A DNA stretch of 63,871 bases, counting the filler, from Sphacelaria rigidula (Eukaryota), in NCBI GenBank assembly GCA_964200075.2. It is 6 parts of 6 records of this genome, joined end to end, with 100 filler letters (N's around TTAATTAATTAA, not from the genome) between each part and the next. Parts side by side here need not be neighbours in the genome. Positions count along the whole stretch, not along the records: positions 53,311 to 63,871 come from CAXNAA020006276.1; 5 more parts are not named here. The stretch is one strand, 5' to 3'. Within the stretch, counting starts at the first letter, position 1. Every line of letters begins with the position of its first letter. Shown here one piece after another: positions 61,710-63,871 of this stretch. Under the pieces are notes generated by a model. It was not told the DNA's origin. It worked only from the letters and a program-made list of their open reading frames with translations, and made no database searches. Both the position numbers and the translations under genes were made by a program.

Positions 61710-63624
61710 CTGTTGGTTTTCGCCAGGAGAGACACGTTCAAGCTCAGGATCGAATATACCCCGAAGGATACTCGGACACCAACTCCTCATGTTGGCAGAA
61801 TGAGGTCGTGGTAAACACTCGGTCAGAACAACTAAACGGGCAAAGCGAGGACTCGGAAGGCGCGAATGGTGACATACATCTACTCATGCTCACAACTTAG
61901 CTTCATCTCTCATAGCTATATTTGTCCCGTACAAGATACCGGTATCCTCTGGGAAGACAAGGAAGGTATCGCCGTGAGCTATCGATGCGATCGTGAATCT
62001 CGGCATCCCACCGGCTCCGAGATGCTCTCCGTAAACGATAGGCGTATATAAGCTTTTCAGGCCTGTCCTAGCAGGCAGTGCCTAGACCTACCGTGTTGAA
62101 GGCTTTAACATCGAGGTTCATGATCAGGGTCGGCTTATGTAGGCTATCGCCGTGAGCTGTGATCGGCCACTGTTGTGGTTGAGGGCTTGCTGCCGTTAAC
62201 ATTTGGGAGTTAGGGCTCGGAATTTGGGGTGTGCGGATTGGGGTCGGGATTTGGTACTTTTTGTAAGGCTTGGGTGCGGTTGGGGTTCATTAAGGTCAGC
62301 GAAAAAAAGCACGATCACCTCGGAGCTAGAACGTGTTGGGGTTTCATATTGATACGTTCAGGTACTGCCTATTCGTGAATGTTGAACATCGTATGGCGAT
62401 TGAGCATCCGCGGAATGCATAGATTGTGGGGTGAAGGAGCATCGAAGGTGTTGATAAATGGCGCTTTCTACTTCTGCAGCGTCAAACGAAAGCCGACGAC
62501 ACCATTATTTCGGATTTAATTATCATTTTTTTACCGGTGGATGACTTCCGTGCATTTCGGCTGGATCCCTGGGGGAAACCGGGTAAAGTGCGATGATCGA
62601 GCAAATCAATCAATCGATTTTGCCCAAATCTGACGAATAAAAATGGCATTATTCTTGGGCCCCCGACGCTACAGTTGTATAAGGTTCGGGTGCTCTGCAG
62701 GTGTTGTGAACCGGGTTTACCGTGTGTGCTTTAAGTACAAGTCTTCGTATGTCGCCCACACGCTGATGTGAGCCCTCTCGGACAGACATGTCTTGGTCTA
62801 TGCTCGCTTCTGGGGACATAAGCTGTTCCAACTCACTGTGTTTTCAACCCCTCTCTACTGCTACTGCAAGTGTTTTCGAAACATGTCAAATGCCCATACT
62901 GCGCTCATATTCCAACAACCCTCTTGCCCACAAATGTAGTCGTGGTGACTTGCCCCACAACCACTCGATTGAGGCAGTACACTTGTCACCTGCCAGAGCT
63001 CTCTATCCACACGACGTCGTGGCCTAACAAAAACAAATTCCTGGCGCTTTCGTCCCGCGCAGCGCTTCAAAATCGCTCGTTTCTTTTCTCGGTTATTCGT
63101 TAGCCTCCTGTTAGAGAGTCCGAGGACTTGCAGCTGAAATGAAAGCATTACTTGACCCATCTCACTGCCAGTATGCATTGAGTGCAACACCCTTATTCAG
63201 TGCTCAACTTTAGAATTGGCGGCCGTGTACGTTTCCTGCGAATGACTCTCTGTTTGCATGCTATCTGGCGGCGTATGAGCTACAAGTTGGTTGATTATAA
63301 TTATTTGCAGCTGATTGATTCATCGATTGATTGGATAGCTGACTGCCTCGAAAGAACCGATCGCCCGCGAATCTAGCCGTTGTCTCGAGACGGGAGGACT
63401 AAAGTGAGAACAACCACGAGCAACAACTCTCCGGACAAGGAGAACTCCAGCAGAAGAACGTCAGAGTAAACACTTGAAAATCAAGTATGCTGACACACAC
63501 GTTGGATCAACAGCGATCTGGAGAAGGAACACCGATGGGCCCGCGAAACCAGGCTGCAGCATAGAATATAAAGCCTTCGGCGAAGGTTCCGGGCTCAGCT
63601 ATGCGGAAACCGCGCGATTATATT

Positions 63625-63712
63625 ATCGATCGATTTCATTGATTGATTTGATTGTCGCACGTTAACTGATCCCCCAGGGATCCAGTCGTGGTCACATGGT
63701 GGACGTGCCCGA
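63625..63712 (-). repeat. Retroelement-like 3' end (13042 family)
   Basis: TTGATTGATTTGATTGTCGCAC...GATCCCCCAGGGATCCAGTCGTGGTCACATG. Confidence 0.6.
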
Positions 63713-63871
63713 GACAAACCAAAACTGGAACCTCGCTGAAGAAAAATAAGGATCAGAAAAAAGTCGAAAAGAACGACAAAGTGGACTAATAAGCCGAAAA
63801 AAAAAAAAGAGAACAAAAAAAAAGAGGATAAAAAGTCTAGAAAAGCAAAGCACAGAAAAAAAAAAAAAGAA

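Noticed and set aside
62090-63135. Further upstream DLEC1 exons (e.g. ~62990-63133)
   Set aside because: Splice-like signals exist, but the peptides show no recognisable DLEC1 similarity and phase continuity with 61709 could not be shown.

Overview
Eukaryotic, repeat-rich DNA, most likely from a brown alga (inferred from the intron-rich flagellar gene and the style of the RTE LINE and LTR elements). The window is not one locus. It is six unrelated contigs (five of 10,562 bp, the last 10,561 bp) joined by artificial 100-bp spacers (N44-TTAATTAATTAA-N44), so synteny across spacers is meaningless. Contig 1 holds a non-autonomous hAT element (20-bp TIR, 8-bp TSD) and a compound foldback repeat. 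Contig 2 holds a disrupted multi-exon gene of unknown family, foldback MITEs, and four copies of a 96-99-nt phase-0 coiled-coil exon cassette on both strands. Contig 3 holds a decayed Ty3/Gypsy element whose integrase carries a chromodomain followed by an in-frame Tudor/SH3-like extension. Contig 4 holds a hairpin-containing ~42-bp tandem array, palindromic MITEs and a tyrosine-recombinase fragment. Contig 5 holds a possible Academ-like transposase relic and a full-length decayed Ty1/Copia element with both LTRs, a TSD and a nested 110-bp MITE. Contig 6 holds five intact exons of a DLEC1/CFAP81 homologue, with a GC-AG intron and an intronic RTE LINE. No rRNA, intact tRNA or CRISPR was found. 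The best novelty candidates are the bidirectional exon-cassette array (19.2-20.4 kb) and the chromo plus Tudor-like integrase tail (23.6-24.2 kb).
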